From an uncultured Acidobacteriota bacterium (GTDB taxonomy: Bacteria; Acidobacteriota; Terriglobia; UBA7540), in NCBI GenBank assembly GCA_963804995.1, contig CAWDSK010000003.1:448001-512000 (forward strand): a stretch of DNA of 64,000 nt, given 5' to 3'. The notes beneath the pieces were generated by a model. That model was not told the DNA's origin, made no database searches, and was given only the letters and a program-made list of their open reading frames with translations. This document shows, one piece after another, positions 19,951 to 29,484 of the stretch. The translations under genes and the position numbers were made by a program. Position 1 is the first letter of the stretch; each line of letters begins with the position of its first letter.

Positions 19951-21555
19951 TTACTCAACAAAAGTAACCTTGTTAACTTCCCGCAAAGTCGTCAGCCCCT
20001 GCTGAACCTTCTCCAGCGCCGAGTCTCGCAACGAGAACATTCCTTCCTGGCGGGCAGCCTTGCGAATTTCTGAGGACGGCCGTTTCGCGAGGATCATTTC
20101 CCGGATACTGTCGGAGAGTGCCAGCAGCTCACCAATCGCGGTGCGCCCGCGAAATCCCGTCTGGTTGCACTCCTGACATCCCTGCCCTTCATAGAACGTC
20201 ACCTCCCGCCACGCCGCGGGGTCGAGCCCAGACTCCTCCAACAGCTCGATGGGCACGGTGACGGGGCGCTTGCACGCTTCACAGATGGTGCGGACCAGCC
20301 GCTGCGCCAAAATACAATTGAGCGCGGAGACAAAATTGTAAGGTTCCACCCCCATGTTAAGGAACCTGCCCAGAACATCCACCACATTGTTGGCGTGTAC
20401 GGTGGTGAAGACCAGGTGTCCGGTGAGCGCCGACTGGATGGCGATCTGCGCCGTCTCGTTGTCACGAATTTCGCCCACCATAATCTTGTCGGGATCGTGG
20501 CGCAAAATGGAGCGAAGTCCCCGTGCGAAGGTCAGCCCCCGCTTCTCGTTTACCGGAATTTGCGTGATCCCGCGAAGCTGGTACTCAACCGGATCTTCAA
20601 TGGTGATGATCTTGTCCTCATCGCTCTTGATTTCAGAGAGCGCGGCATACAGTGTAGTGGTCTTGCCGCTGCCCGTGGGACCGGTGACCAGCACCATGCC
20701 GTAAGGCTCACGGATGAAGCGGCGCAGCCGGCGGATTTCCCGGTCCGCCAGCCCCAGCACCTCCAGGCGCAGGGAGTGGAATTTTTCGTGCAGCGATTCC
20801 TTATCGAGGATACGCAGTACCGCATCTTCGCCATGAATCGAGGGCATGATGGACACACGGAAATCGATGGGGCGCCCGCGATATCGCACCCGGAAGCGCC
20901 CGTCCTGGGGAACACGGCGCTCCGCAATATCCAATTCCGCCATGACCTTGATGCGCGTAATGAGGTTGGACTGAAACTCCCGTGCCAGGGGCGCCATGGC
21001 CTGCTGCAACACACCATCAATTCGATACTTCACCACGACGGAGTTGTCACGGCTCTCGATATGAATGTCGCTGGCGCGCTGCTCCAGCCCCGCAAAGATG
21101 ATCGAGTCAACCAACCGGATCATGGGGCTGACGTCCCGCTCCTCCACCAGGTGTTCGAGCGAAAGCCCCTCACCGGCCGCTTCTTCGTCACGGATCACGT
21201 CCAGACGAAATTCTTCTGTGGCATCGTCAAGAACGCGCTGCGAGGGCTCCGTCTGTTTCAGGAAATCCCGTACCTGGCTGGGCGCGGCCACGCGTACGAG
21301 CAATTTCCGGTCCAGCTTGACTTCCAGCTCATCCAGCCGCGCCAGGTTGGTGGGATCTGCCACCACGATTACCAGTTGATGGTCGCGCCCCTCCAACGGC
21401 AGGAACTCATAGTGGAGCATCAGTTCGAGAGGGATGGTGCGGAGCAGATCCCCGTCCGGGTGTGAATCCCGCAGGTCCACGAAATCGAACTGATAGCGGG
21501 CCGCAAGCTGGCGCGCCGCCTCCAGTTCCTTCAGATCGACTTCCTTTTCCGCCAA
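19951..21555 (-). CDS. GspE/PilB assembly ATPase
   Basis: ASDIHIE, Walker A GPTGSGKTT, TIEDPVE, LRHDPDKIMVGEIRD, CxxC pairs; TTG 21555 after GGAGG. Confidence 0.93.
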   Translation of the reverse strand: MAEKEVDLKELEAARQLAARYQFDFVDLRDSHPDGDLLRTIPLELMLHYEFLPLEGRDHQLVIVVADPTNLARLDELEVKLDRKLLVRVAAPSQVRDFLKQTEPSQRVLDDATEEFRLDVIRDEEAAGEGLSLEHLVEERDVSPMIRLVDSIIFAGLEQRASDIHIESRDNSVVVKYRIDGVLQQAMAPLAREFQSNLITRIKVMAELDIAERRVPQDGRFRVRYRGRPIDFRVSIMPSIHGEDAVLRILDKESLHEKFHSLRLEVLGLADREIRRLRRFIREPYGMVLVTGPTGSGKTTTLYAALSEIKSDEDKIITIEDPVEYQLRGITQIPVNEKRGLTFARGLRSILRHDPDKIMVGEIRDNETAQIAIQSALTGHLVFTTVHANNVVDVLGRFLNMGVEPYNFVSALNCILAQRLVRTICEACKRPVTVPIELLEESGLDPAAWREVTFYEGQGCQECNQTGFRGRTAIGELLALSDSIREMILAKRPSSEIRKAARQEGMFSLRDSALEKVQQGLTTLREVNKVTFVE

Positions 21556-21591
21556 GCAACACCTCCGAAACGGGACTCGGGGCACGGGATT

Positions 21592-21741
21592 ATGAAAATA
21601 GCTGTGCCGAAGGCACCTTGGAGTGCGGTAGCAGCAGCTACCGCCTTCCGCCTTCGGTTCATACGGCAAATGTACTAGGGGCGGAGGAAGAAAGGCGGTA
21701 GCTGCTGCTACCGCACTCCAAGGCGCTTCGCGCATTTTCAT
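21592..21741. repeat. TGGAGTGCGGTAGC-type REP doublet with ATGAAAAT/ATTTTCAT outer ends
   Basis: CCTTGGAGTGCGGTAGCAGCAGCTACCGCCTT and its inverted copy. Confidence 0.78.
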
Positions 21742-21926
21742 CGTCGGTGGTGCGCCCCAGCCGCATGGGCGTCTGTGCGGAAAGCCTCCGGCTTTCCGGC
21801 CCGGTCCGCTTCATTTCTCTCCCTCCGCGCCATGTTCCGAGTTCGGCGTTCCGAATCCGAACCCCGAACTCCTAACCCCGATTTCCGAAGCCCGTGTCCC
21901 GTTTCCCGAATCCCGTGCCCCGGTCC

Positions 21927-23132
21927 TTATTGCACCTTCGTCGCCATCGAGAATAGCGGAAGGTAGAACGCCACCAGGACAAACGCCACCGCCACGGCGA
22001 TCGCGGCAATCATGATCGGATCAACCAACGCCACCAGAGTCGTGAGGTCGATGTTCACGTCCTCTTCAAAGAATTCCGCCAGCGCTTCCAGCATGGTTGC
22101 CATAGCGCCGGTGGTCTCCCCCACTTCCATCATATCCAGCGCCATGACCGGGAAGAAACCGCTCATGCGCAGGCTTGAGCTGAGCGCGCGCCCGCCGGCC
22201 ACTTCCGTCCGGGCCTGGGCAATGGCCCGAGCCAGCAGGGGGCTCGAAACTGAATCCTTAGCTGTCTCCAGCGCCGCCACGATGGGAATGCCGCCCTGGA
22301 GCAGCGTGGACAGGGTCCGCGCAAACTCCGCTACCGAAAATTTCAGCAAGAGCTTGCCCACCAAGGGCAGGCGGAACTTCACCCGTTCCCAGGCCATGCG
22401 GGTTTGCGAAGACCGGAGCGCTGCCCTCAAAAACAAGAAAACGCCAAAGAGCGCAAGCAGGATCAAGCCGGAAAAATGCTTCATGCTCATGGCCACTGAA
22501 ATCGTGAAAGTGGTCAACGCCGGCAGTTCCACGCCCAGGTCGGAATAAAGTTCTGCAAAGCGCGGAACGATGAAATTGATCACGAAGATAATCAGCGTTC
22601 CCAAGAAAACCAGCAGGAAGGCCGGGTAGACTAGTGCCGAAAGGAATTTTTTCCGAAAGGTCCGCGTCTGCTTCTGGTAGGCAAGAAATTGTCCCAGGAC
22701 CCGATCGAGGCTCCCGCTGCGTTCACCCGCGCGGACCGTGGCGCAGTAGATTTTGGGAAAACTGCCGGTGGATTCAAACGCTTCTGAAAGCAACGCGCCA
22801 GAGCGCACCTTGTCGCGAACTTCCTCGATAGCACGCCGCAACGTTTCACTTTGGGTTTGGTGGGCCAGCAGATCAAGTGATTTCTGGAGAGGCAATCCGG
22901 ATTTGGAGAGCGTCAGGAACTGTTGGTTGAAAATCAGGAAGTCGTCGGGCCGTATCTTCTTCGGACGCGGTGGTCTGATTTGGATACTTAAAATGTTCTT
23001 GGGGTGCACGGAAAAAACAAAATACCCCTGCGCGCGCAGCCGTTGGCGCAACTCCTCCTCAGTGCGGGCCTGTTCGGTTTGCGTCAAAACCCGTCCTGCG
23101 TCGGTCCCCAATTTACAGACAAACTCGGCCAT
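21927..23132 (-). CDS. GspF/PilC inner-membrane platform protein
   Basis: AGERSGSLDRVL, SALVYP, VGETTG, AFYLPLF. Confidence 0.92.
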   Translation of the reverse strand: MAEFVCKLGTDAGRVLTQTEQARTEEELRQRLRAQGYFVFSVHPKNILSIQIRPPRPKKIRPDDFLIFNQQFLTLSKSGLPLQKSLDLLAHQTQSETLRRAIEEVRDKVRSGALLSEAFESTGSFPKIYCATVRAGERSGSLDRVLGQFLAYQKQTRTFRKKFLSALVYPAFLLVFLGTLIIFVINFIVPRFAELYSDLGVELPALTTFTISVAMSMKHFSGLILLALFGVFLFLRAALRSSQTRMAWERVKFRLPLVGKLLLKFSVAEFARTLSTLLQGGIPIVAALETAKDSVSSPLLARAIAQARTEVAGGRALSSSLRMSGFFPVMALDMMEVGETTGAMATMLEALAEFFEEDVNIDLTTLVALVDPIMIAAIAVAVAFVLVAFYLPLFSMATKVQ

Positions 23133-23192
23133 GGGTGGCAAACCAGTCGACAGCCGACAGCTAAAAGTCGACAGTCAAAGAACTAAATCCTC

Positions 23193-23283
23193 GGTAGTGC
23201 CCTAATTTCAGACGTAGCGCCGGCTTCCAGCCGGCATTGAGCCCCGATGCATCGGGGCGCTACGTTCAAATTAGGACACTACC
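23193..23283. mobile_element. 91-bp MITE with IS1-like TIRs and a perfect 8-bp target duplication
   Basis: GGTAGTGCCCTAATTT/AAATTAGGACACTACC; AAATCCTC at 23185-23192 and 23284-23291; GTAGCGCC REP core. Confidence 0.85.
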
Positions 23284-23436
23284 AAATCCTCACTTAATTT
23301 GACTTTCGATCTCGACCTTTCCCTTCTTCGACTATGGGAAAGAGGTCAAAGCCGAAAGTCGCGAGCCGAAGCTGACGGGCCTCGACCTATGCTCCTGCTT
23401 CTGTCAGCCGTTAGCTGTAGGCTGTCAGCTTCTCTC

Positions 23437-23992
23437 TCACCAACTGCTATAGGGCGTGCCGTTCGAGCGAAGTATCATCGGCCCCGCTGTGCACATCCAC
23501 AATCCCCGCCGCGGCCTGATCCGGACTGATCGGCACATCCTCGACGTCCGTCTTCCAAGTCTCGTTCGAGCCCGTGAAGGGGTCAGCCGGAATCCCGCCC
23601 CGCAGATAACCGGCACTTACCAATTCATCGAGAGACGCCGGGGGATGCTGCTTATCGATCGTGTATTCGTCAATCATCTTACGCATGGTGAAAAGGTCAG
23701 AACGCAAGACGGCCTCACGGGCATGAATGATGGCCACTTGGTAGGTGGGCATGGCGAATGAGGCCAGGATCAGAATCAGGGTAATCACAATCATCAACTC
23801 CAGGAGTGTGAAGCCCGGAAAACCAGTCCGAAGTCGGAGGTTCGAAACTCGAAAATCGAAACTCGAAACTCGGGCCGCTCCCGGGCGAATTTCGATTTTC
23901 GATTTTCGATTTTCGATTTTCGAACTCCGAGTTTCGGTCCCTGAACATCGGACTTCGGACCTCAAGCTCCGGATTTTCCTACCAATCCGCAT
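23437..23992 (-). CDS. GspG-like pseudopilin with long repeat-derived leader and a +1 frameshift near 23462
   Basis: GFTLLELMIV cleavage motif, AREAVLRSDL, IPADPFTG, IVDVHSG; removing one base restores SLDGTPYSSW-stop. Confidence 0.8.
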
Positions 23993-24451
23993 ACTGCGTC
24001 CCATCCAGACCTGCTCCTTGGGCCTTTGAGTAGACGTTAAAAACGTTTTGCCCACCCCAACTCCGCGAGTCCGCATCATCCTGCATGGACCTGAGTCCCC
24101 AGTCCGCACGCCCCGTCATGGGGTTGAGGGGAATTTTGCGGAGGTATTTCTTCTTGGCGGTGGCATTTCCCTTCACCACTACCCCCTCGACCAGGGTCTT
24201 CAGGTCGGGCGGATAACCGAAGGTGTCTACTTTCACTGGAATCATGCCTGAGTCAGATTCGAGTTTGTAATGATCGATTGCGTCGCGCATTTCCCGCAAA
24301 TCCCGCCGCAGTTCAACCTCCCGCGCCCGTTGAATCTGCACCCGCGCCAGGGGCATAGCAATACTGGCCAGCAGCAAAAGAATCGTAATGGCCGCCATCA
24401 GTTCCACCAACGTAAAACCCTGATCTGATGGCTGGGGCGTCCCAACTTCAT
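23979..24451 (-). CDS. GspG-like pseudopilin, with an apparent 1-nt deletion in the G4 run at 24434-24437
   Basis: QGFTLVELMAAI, REVELRRDLREMRDAID, YPPDL, GLDGTQYADW; ATG 24451 after GAGGA is in frame only if one C is added. Confidence 0.8.
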
Positions 24452-24461
24452 ATTCGATTCC

Positions 24462-26279
24462 TCATTGAGGCTGCGCAGGAGGCTCTGGGCGGATCTCCGG
24501 AGTTTGAAAGATTTCCGGCGAGGTCGGCCCGGCAGAGCCTACTGCTCCTACGGGAAGGTTAGTGCCAGTCACGATGGCAGGTTCGGGAAGGCGGATGACC
24601 CGCGGGGTCAGCATGACCAGCACCTCTACGTCATTCACCTCTTTATTTTCCTGAGAGAAAAGGTAGCGCAGCCCTGGAATGTCGCCCAACCCCGGAATCC
24701 CTTGAACTGCATTAGTCAAGGTTCGTTGAATCAAACCACCCAAGAGATTCACTTCTCCTTCCTGCAAGCGGAAGTTGTCCTCAATAACGCGCTGACCGAA
24801 TGTAGGCTCACTGACCCCACCGACGGTAAGGGACGCCCCCAGGGAGGAAATCTCAATCTTGGCGTGGACGGCAACCTCTCCGTTTGCGAGTAAGTGCGGG
24901 GTCAGTTCCAGATTCACACCCACATCCTGAAACTGAAACTGCGTACTGGCTAGCAAACCAACACTTCCTGTCGAACCGGTGGTCCCCCCCAGCGAGGGTA
25001 GAAAACTGCCGGTAGCATAAGGGACCCGGCTGCCGATTTTCAACTTGGCGACTTGGCCGTCTGTAACCCGGATTTGAGGGCTCTGCAGAATGTGAGTTTT
25101 GTTATCGTTCAGGACAGCCGCGGCAGTTGCGCCAGGAAGAACCACGGCAATGTTCTTATAGGTCAAGGCATTGAGAAAAGTACCCCCGGCGCTGGCTACT
25201 GCAGTGGAGGAGGTAGAAGTAGAGCTTGAGACAGGCGGGATCAAAGCCGCCTCCGCCGCGAGTCCCGGCGTAATCGACCCACTGGAGCTTACGGTGCCCA
25301 GCGAAAGGCCCAGATTGCGAATTCGGTCGCGGTCGGCTTCTACGATATCGACATCAAGCAAGATTTCCGCTTTGGATCGATCCAACTCCCGCACGAGCTG
25401 CTCGGCTGCCGCCACTTTGGCGGGAGTATCGCGGATAATGATCGCGTTGGAGTCAGGGTTATCGATAATCCGCTGCATATTCAGCACTTGCTTGAGGGCC
25501 GTGGTGATGGCTGTGCGGTCGGCGGGGGTGAGGGGATTCGAGAGATAGATCGTCCTGACCACCTCCTCATCGTAATCCCGTCGATCATTGGGGGTGTCGG
25601 GAATTACCAAGATTGTATTGGAGGTGACCGGCCTCCAAAAGGTCTTGGTCTGGAGGGCGACTATCTTCAGCGCATCCTCGATCTTGATGTTTACAAGGTC
25701 AAGGTTGAGCGGACCTGGTCGAAAGTCAGATGTGAAAGCGACATTCAAGCCCGCCAGCTTGCCCAGAGTCTGGTAAATCATGCGGCTGTCAGCATTGAGA
25801 CGAATATGGGAATTTATTTCAGTGGGAAAGGGTTGAAGCTTGACGGCGGCTGGTTGCCCCGACTCGTCGCGAGCCTTAAGAGCGTTTCGAATAGCGGTTT
25901 CGCGCGCCCCTTTTTCCTCGGCCTGCTTGGTCAGAATCCGGGAAAGCTCCTGAGCGGCCGCCTCATTACTCGGATCTATGCTCGTGGCCTTCTTGAACTC
26001 TCCGGCAGCGTCCTCCATCCGGCCATCTTTAAGTAATCGCTGACCATTTTTGACGTGGAACATGGCTGCCTGGGTGCGAGCTTGTTTCTCGTGAAGAAGA
26101 AACATGGAATTGGCAGGGTCGGTCTGCACGGCTTTCTCGTAATTAACGAGGGCTGTGTCCCAATCCTTCCGGGCTTCCGCCTTGCGGCCTTCGTTAAAGG
26201 GAGAACTTCCGCCACCGCAGCCTAAGCACCCAATGAGCGCCGCCACCACGCCTGCTAATCGGAGTCTTTTCCCGAGCAT
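24462..26279 (-). CDS. Secretin (GspD/PilQ family) with N-terminal TPR region and lipoprotein-like signal
   Basis: LKIGSRVP, FQFQDVGVNLELTP, IPGLGDIPGLRYLFS, LVMLTPRVI. Confidence 0.92.
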   Translation of the reverse strand: MLGKRLRLAGVVAALIGCLGCGGGSSPFNEGRKAEARKDWDTALVNYEKAVQTDPANSMFLLHEKQARTQAAMFHVKNGQRLLKDGRMEDAAGEFKKATSIDPSNEAAAQELSRILTKQAEEKGARETAIRNALKARDESGQPAAVKLQPFPTEINSHIRLNADSRMIYQTLGKLAGLNVAFTSDFRPGPLNLDLVNIKIEDALKIVALQTKTFWRPVTSNTILVIPDTPNDRRDYDEEVVRTIYLSNPLTPADRTAITTALKQVLNMQRIIDNPDSNAIIIRDTPAKVAAAEQLVRELDRSKAEILLDVDIVEADRDRIRNLGLSLGTVSSSGSITPGLAAEAALIPPVSSSTSTSSTAVASAGGTFLNALTYKNIAVVLPGATAAAVLNDNKTHILQSPQIRVTDGQVAKLKIGSRVPYATGSFLPSLGGTTGSTGSVGLLASTQFQFQDVGVNLELTPHLLANGEVAVHAKIEISSLGASLTVGGVSEPTFGQRVIEDNFRLQEGEVNLLGGLIQRTLTNAVQGIPGLGDIPGLRYLFSQENKEVNDVEVLVMLTPRVIRLPEPAIVTGTNLPVGAVGSAGPTSPEIFQTPEIRPEPPAQPQ

Positions 26280-26300
26280 GCCTGTCTCCTGCGGCCGGTA

Positions 26301-28685
26301 TTAGAATGGATCGTGGGGATTATCGGCCATTGCCAGATGTAATTGTAAGTCATACCCGGCGAACCCCGACAACTCGAAAAGGGTTACACCCAGGTCTGTG
26401 AGCCCTGCCCCCCGGGGCGTGCCCATTGCTTGGAAAGCCTGTGGGTCTGACACGCTGGTGTGGTGTCCCGTGTTAGAGTTGACAATGGGTAGAACCCCCT
26501 CACCCCCACGACAAGCAGAACGTGGGGCCCCCTTCTGGCATCGGCTGATGAGAACGCCTCGGCCAGCCACCCTCTCCCCCAAAGGGGCGAGGGCAAGAGA
26601 ATTAACTCTCCCCTCGCCCCTTTGGGGGAGAGGGGCTGGGGGGTGAGGGGGTCGGACAGCCTTGTCAAATACTAACCGGGACACCACACTAGGTTGCTGA
26701 TTTCTCATAGCCAATTTCTTGGATGCGGGCTTTTCCCTGGAGTCTGTCTGCCCGGAAAGTAAGCCTTCATTTCCTGGAGGCGCCCGAACGGCTAATACCA
26801 GTCCAGCCTCAACACTTACGGCCATGTATCGGTCTGCGAATCTTTCACCCTGCTTCACCAAGTATACCTCGGAACCGCCAGCCACGATGGCTTCGATTTC
26901 TCCGTTTGAGGTCTCAATTGAGCCAAGCGTTTGGAAAATAAGGGTGGCCGCCTCCGGCGAGGGCTTTTCCGCCGCCCTAGATTTCATTTGAAGGTGGCCA
27001 GTTCCAACTCCATGCCCTGGCGGCGAACCACGACTCTTGGCTGGAGCAGCGAGGGGATTTGCCTCAAGAGCTAACCGCGTGACGGGAACCTCGGCGTTGC
27101 CGGCGTTCTCCCGTTCGGTTCCAAGGCCAAGCGCGTCCATATCGGGCGGAGAGGGACCGGTACTAAAGTCGAAAGAAAGTAGATCCGGCATCGGAAGTAT
27201 GAGCGGAATTGAGGTAACAAGCCCTTGGGGAGAAGACACTTCGGCCACTTCTACGGCCTCATGCGAAACCCGCACCGCCCGAAATCTTTCCCCGAACGTT
27301 TCCCCTTGTCGTACCACGAACACATCATCGTCTTTTGAAACCACTGCATCGAGCTCGCCGTCCGCCCTTTCAATGAAGCCAAGCGGTTTCAACGTGGTAG
27401 TGGTGGGCGCCGGTGAAAAGCTGGGCGTCTCAGGGGACTCCACCTCAGAGATCCGAACAGGATTGGTCCCCGTTCGGACTTGATTCATCCACAGATTTGG
27501 AGAAGGCGCAGCCAGGACTTGCTCGGAGGGGTCTAACAAACTCCGCGCCGTCGGTCCCGAAACCGTGGCAGGCTGCTCTCTTACCCCCGGTTGAGCCGGT
27601 ATCTCGGAAACCTGTGTCGGCGTCTCCGCCGGAGGCCCGCTTGCGACTTCATTTTCTGCGACCCGTTCCTCCGGGATTGGCGGAGGGGTAACCGAACCCT
27701 TGGCCATCAAACGAACCATCGGGACAGAAGCCGGGGCAGGGTTGTGAACGGTAACTGCTTCCTGCGCTTGAGGTACCAACCGTACGGTACCCCCATCTGC
27801 CACCACAGTATCCACATGACCGTTGGCTTTCTCGACATAGCCGAGCGGTTGCTCAGCCAGGGCGCTCGATGGCGCCGCAGCTTTTGCCTTCGACCCTTCT
27901 CGGGGAGTGCCCGAAGCGACTACCTGCCGCCGAGAAATCGCCCCAGGGGCGGGGGTGGCGGAGGGGCCTTTCACCGAAGCCGGTGACTTCAGGGCTACCG
28001 GTCCGTCCGGGATTGACGAGGGCCTCACTAAGTCTGCGCGTAACACTATGGAATCACTGCCCCTATTTTCGAGTGGAGCGGGTGGCGCCGGCATGTCTTC
28101 CACGGCCTCGACCGAGTCGGGAGATATCTTGAGGACCCGGTACTTGTCGGCGAATCGCTCCCCTATGTGAACGACGTAGACCTGGCTATCTTGCAAAATA
28201 ATTGCTTCGACTTGTCCCCCGGGCTTTTCAACGTAGCCGATTGGTGTGAACGTGCTCGGAACAGGTGGGGCCGGGGGAACATCTACCGACGCAACCGCTT
28301 TCGGTACAAGAGGTTCGTTGACCCTACTCGTCTCCAACTCAGGGGGCGGTAGCTGTCGCTCCCGCGCCACATGTGTCGCCAAGGCGCGGGGAGAGAGGTC
28401 GGAATTGGCCCGCACGCTTCCCAAAGTGGGGACATGCCGTGGCGGCCGAGTAAGCCCGGAAGTCATCGGACCGTGTGGTGTGGGCGTGTTCTGAGCAGTC
28501 GCCGTTACACCGCGAGGATGCAACAACTCGGAGGTCCGTGATCTTTCCGCTGGGTTGGCGTGGACTCTCTCCGGATGATGTGTTGTAGATTCTCGGAATT
28601 GCTGCCAAAGCTTGGGGAGAGGAAGCAGGCAAACTCCCACGGCGACACCGCACGCGAAACTGACGAGTTGCCCCCTGATTCTCAC
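26301..28685 (-). CDS. Pro/Ala-rich membrane-anchored protein with four PilP-like repeats and an in-frame MITE
   Basis: N-terminal TM; repeated (L/I)GxxE...V(Y/F)xVxxGExFxxx(Y/F) units; first gene of the pilus cluster. Confidence 0.65.
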   Translation of the reverse strand: MRIRGQLVSFACGVAVGVCLLPLPKLWQQFRESTTHHPERVHANPAERSRTSELLHPRGVTATAQNTPTPHGPMTSGLTRPPRHVPTLGSVRANSDLSPRALATHVARERQLPPPELETSRVNEPLVPKAVASVDVPPAPPVPSTFTPIGYVEKPGGQVEAIILQDSQVYVVHIGERFADKYRVLKISPDSVEAVEDMPAPPAPLENRGSDSIVLRADLVRPSSIPDGPVALKSPASVKGPSATPAPGAISRRQVVASGTPREGSKAKAAAPSSALAEQPLGYVEKANGHVDTVVADGGTVRLVPQAQEAVTVHNPAPASVPMVRLMAKGSVTPPPIPEERVAENEVASGPPAETPTQVSEIPAQPGVREQPATVSGPTARSLLDPSEQVLAAPSPNLWMNQVRTGTNPVRISEVESPETPSFSPAPTTTTLKPLGFIERADGELDAVVSKDDDVFVVRQGETFGERFRAVRVSHEAVEVAEVSSPQGLVTSIPLILPMPDLLSFDFSTGPSPPDMDALGLGTERENAGNAEVPVTRLALEANPLAAPAKSRGSPPGHGVGTGHLQMKSRAAEKPSPEAATLIFQTLGSIETSNGEIEAIVAGGSEVYLVKQGERFADRYMAVSVEAGLVLAVRAPPGNEGLLSGQTDSREKPASKKLAMRNQQPSVVSRLVFDKAVRPPHPPAPLPQRGEGRVNSLALAPLGERVAGRGVLISRCQKGAPRSACRGGEGVLPIVNSNTGHHTSVSDPQAFQAMGTPRGAGLTDLGVTLFELSGFAGYDLQLHLAMADNPHDPF
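26455..26692. mobile_element. MITE inserted in frame in a CDS (net 234 bp)
   Basis: CTGGTGTGGTGTCCCG...TTGACA and TGTCAA...CGGGACACCACACTAG inverted ends around the CCCTCACCC/CCCTCTCCC core. Confidence 0.82.
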
Positions 28686-28863
28686 TGGCGACCTGTCGCT
28701 TTAGTGGAGTTGCCTGGGTCCGGCTGCCTGGTCCCCTTCACTGCAGGTCGGCGTATCCGCCGCAACCTCGGCCGCTCGGTTCAGAGTCTCTGCCATCATT
28801 ATCTTAAGTCGATATCTGCTCCCTTATCATACCAAGGGCTGAGGAAAAATCAATCGGCTAAAG

Positions 28864-28966
28864 CGGTTGTGTTCAGTTTGCTCTAGCGGCGCTCGCTACT
28901 TGCCGGAACTCATTGAAGGACCAGCATTCATAGACGGCTGCAAAAGAATCAAACTGAGATACTACC
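28864..28966. mobile_element. Degenerate copy of the IS1-like-end MITE
   Basis: Right end TCAAACTGAGATACTACC; decayed left end GGTTGTGTTCAGTTTG. Confidence 0.45.
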
Positions 28967-29048
28967 CCCCAAACATCCTTTTCCGGATGCGTCGCTCGCC
29001 GCTGCTGGTAGAATAGGCAGCACGACTACCTATAGAGAGGAGTTAGTC

Positions 29049-29231
29049 ATGGCCAAAGTGCTGCGTTGCGGTGACCTCGGAACGAATTGCCCCAAGGAGA
29101 TTCGCGCTGAAACTGAAGAGGAACTTTTGAAGCTTGCCGCCGAGCACGCGGAGAAAGATCACGGCATCTCGGCCGCCAATATTCCGCCTTCCATCCTGGC
29201 GATGGTCAAAGCTGCTATCAAAGATGAATGA
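29049..29231 (+). CDS. DUF1059 family small metal-binding protein
   Basis: LRCGDLGTNC...AETEEELL...HAEKDHG; GAGGAG RBS. Confidence 0.85.
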   Translation: MAKVLRCGDLGTNCPKEIRAETEEELLKLAAEHAEKDHGISAANIPPSILAMVKAAIKDE

Positions 29232-29484
29232 TGACTTGCCTATGGTGGCCGCCCAAGACCTGACGATTCTTGACCTCTGCTGCTAAGCCATTTGCCAAAT
29301 CTTGAAGCCACCATCCCAGGCGATCGCGCGGCTTGAGTTCCCTTCTGACATCCACACGCGGGGTTCATGCTTCATCGCAGGCCTGGGTTGAGTTGGTTCG
29401 GTCCGGGCAAACCGGTCCGTCGCATGGATGAAATCCCTTGGCGCCCTGCTCGACTCAAGATAGAATCTCAAACTAATTACAGAC

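Noticed and set aside
21556..21741. N-terminal extension of the GspE/PilB ORF in the ORF track
   Set aside because: Derived from a REP doublet; a TTG at 21555 with a GGAGG RBS is a better start
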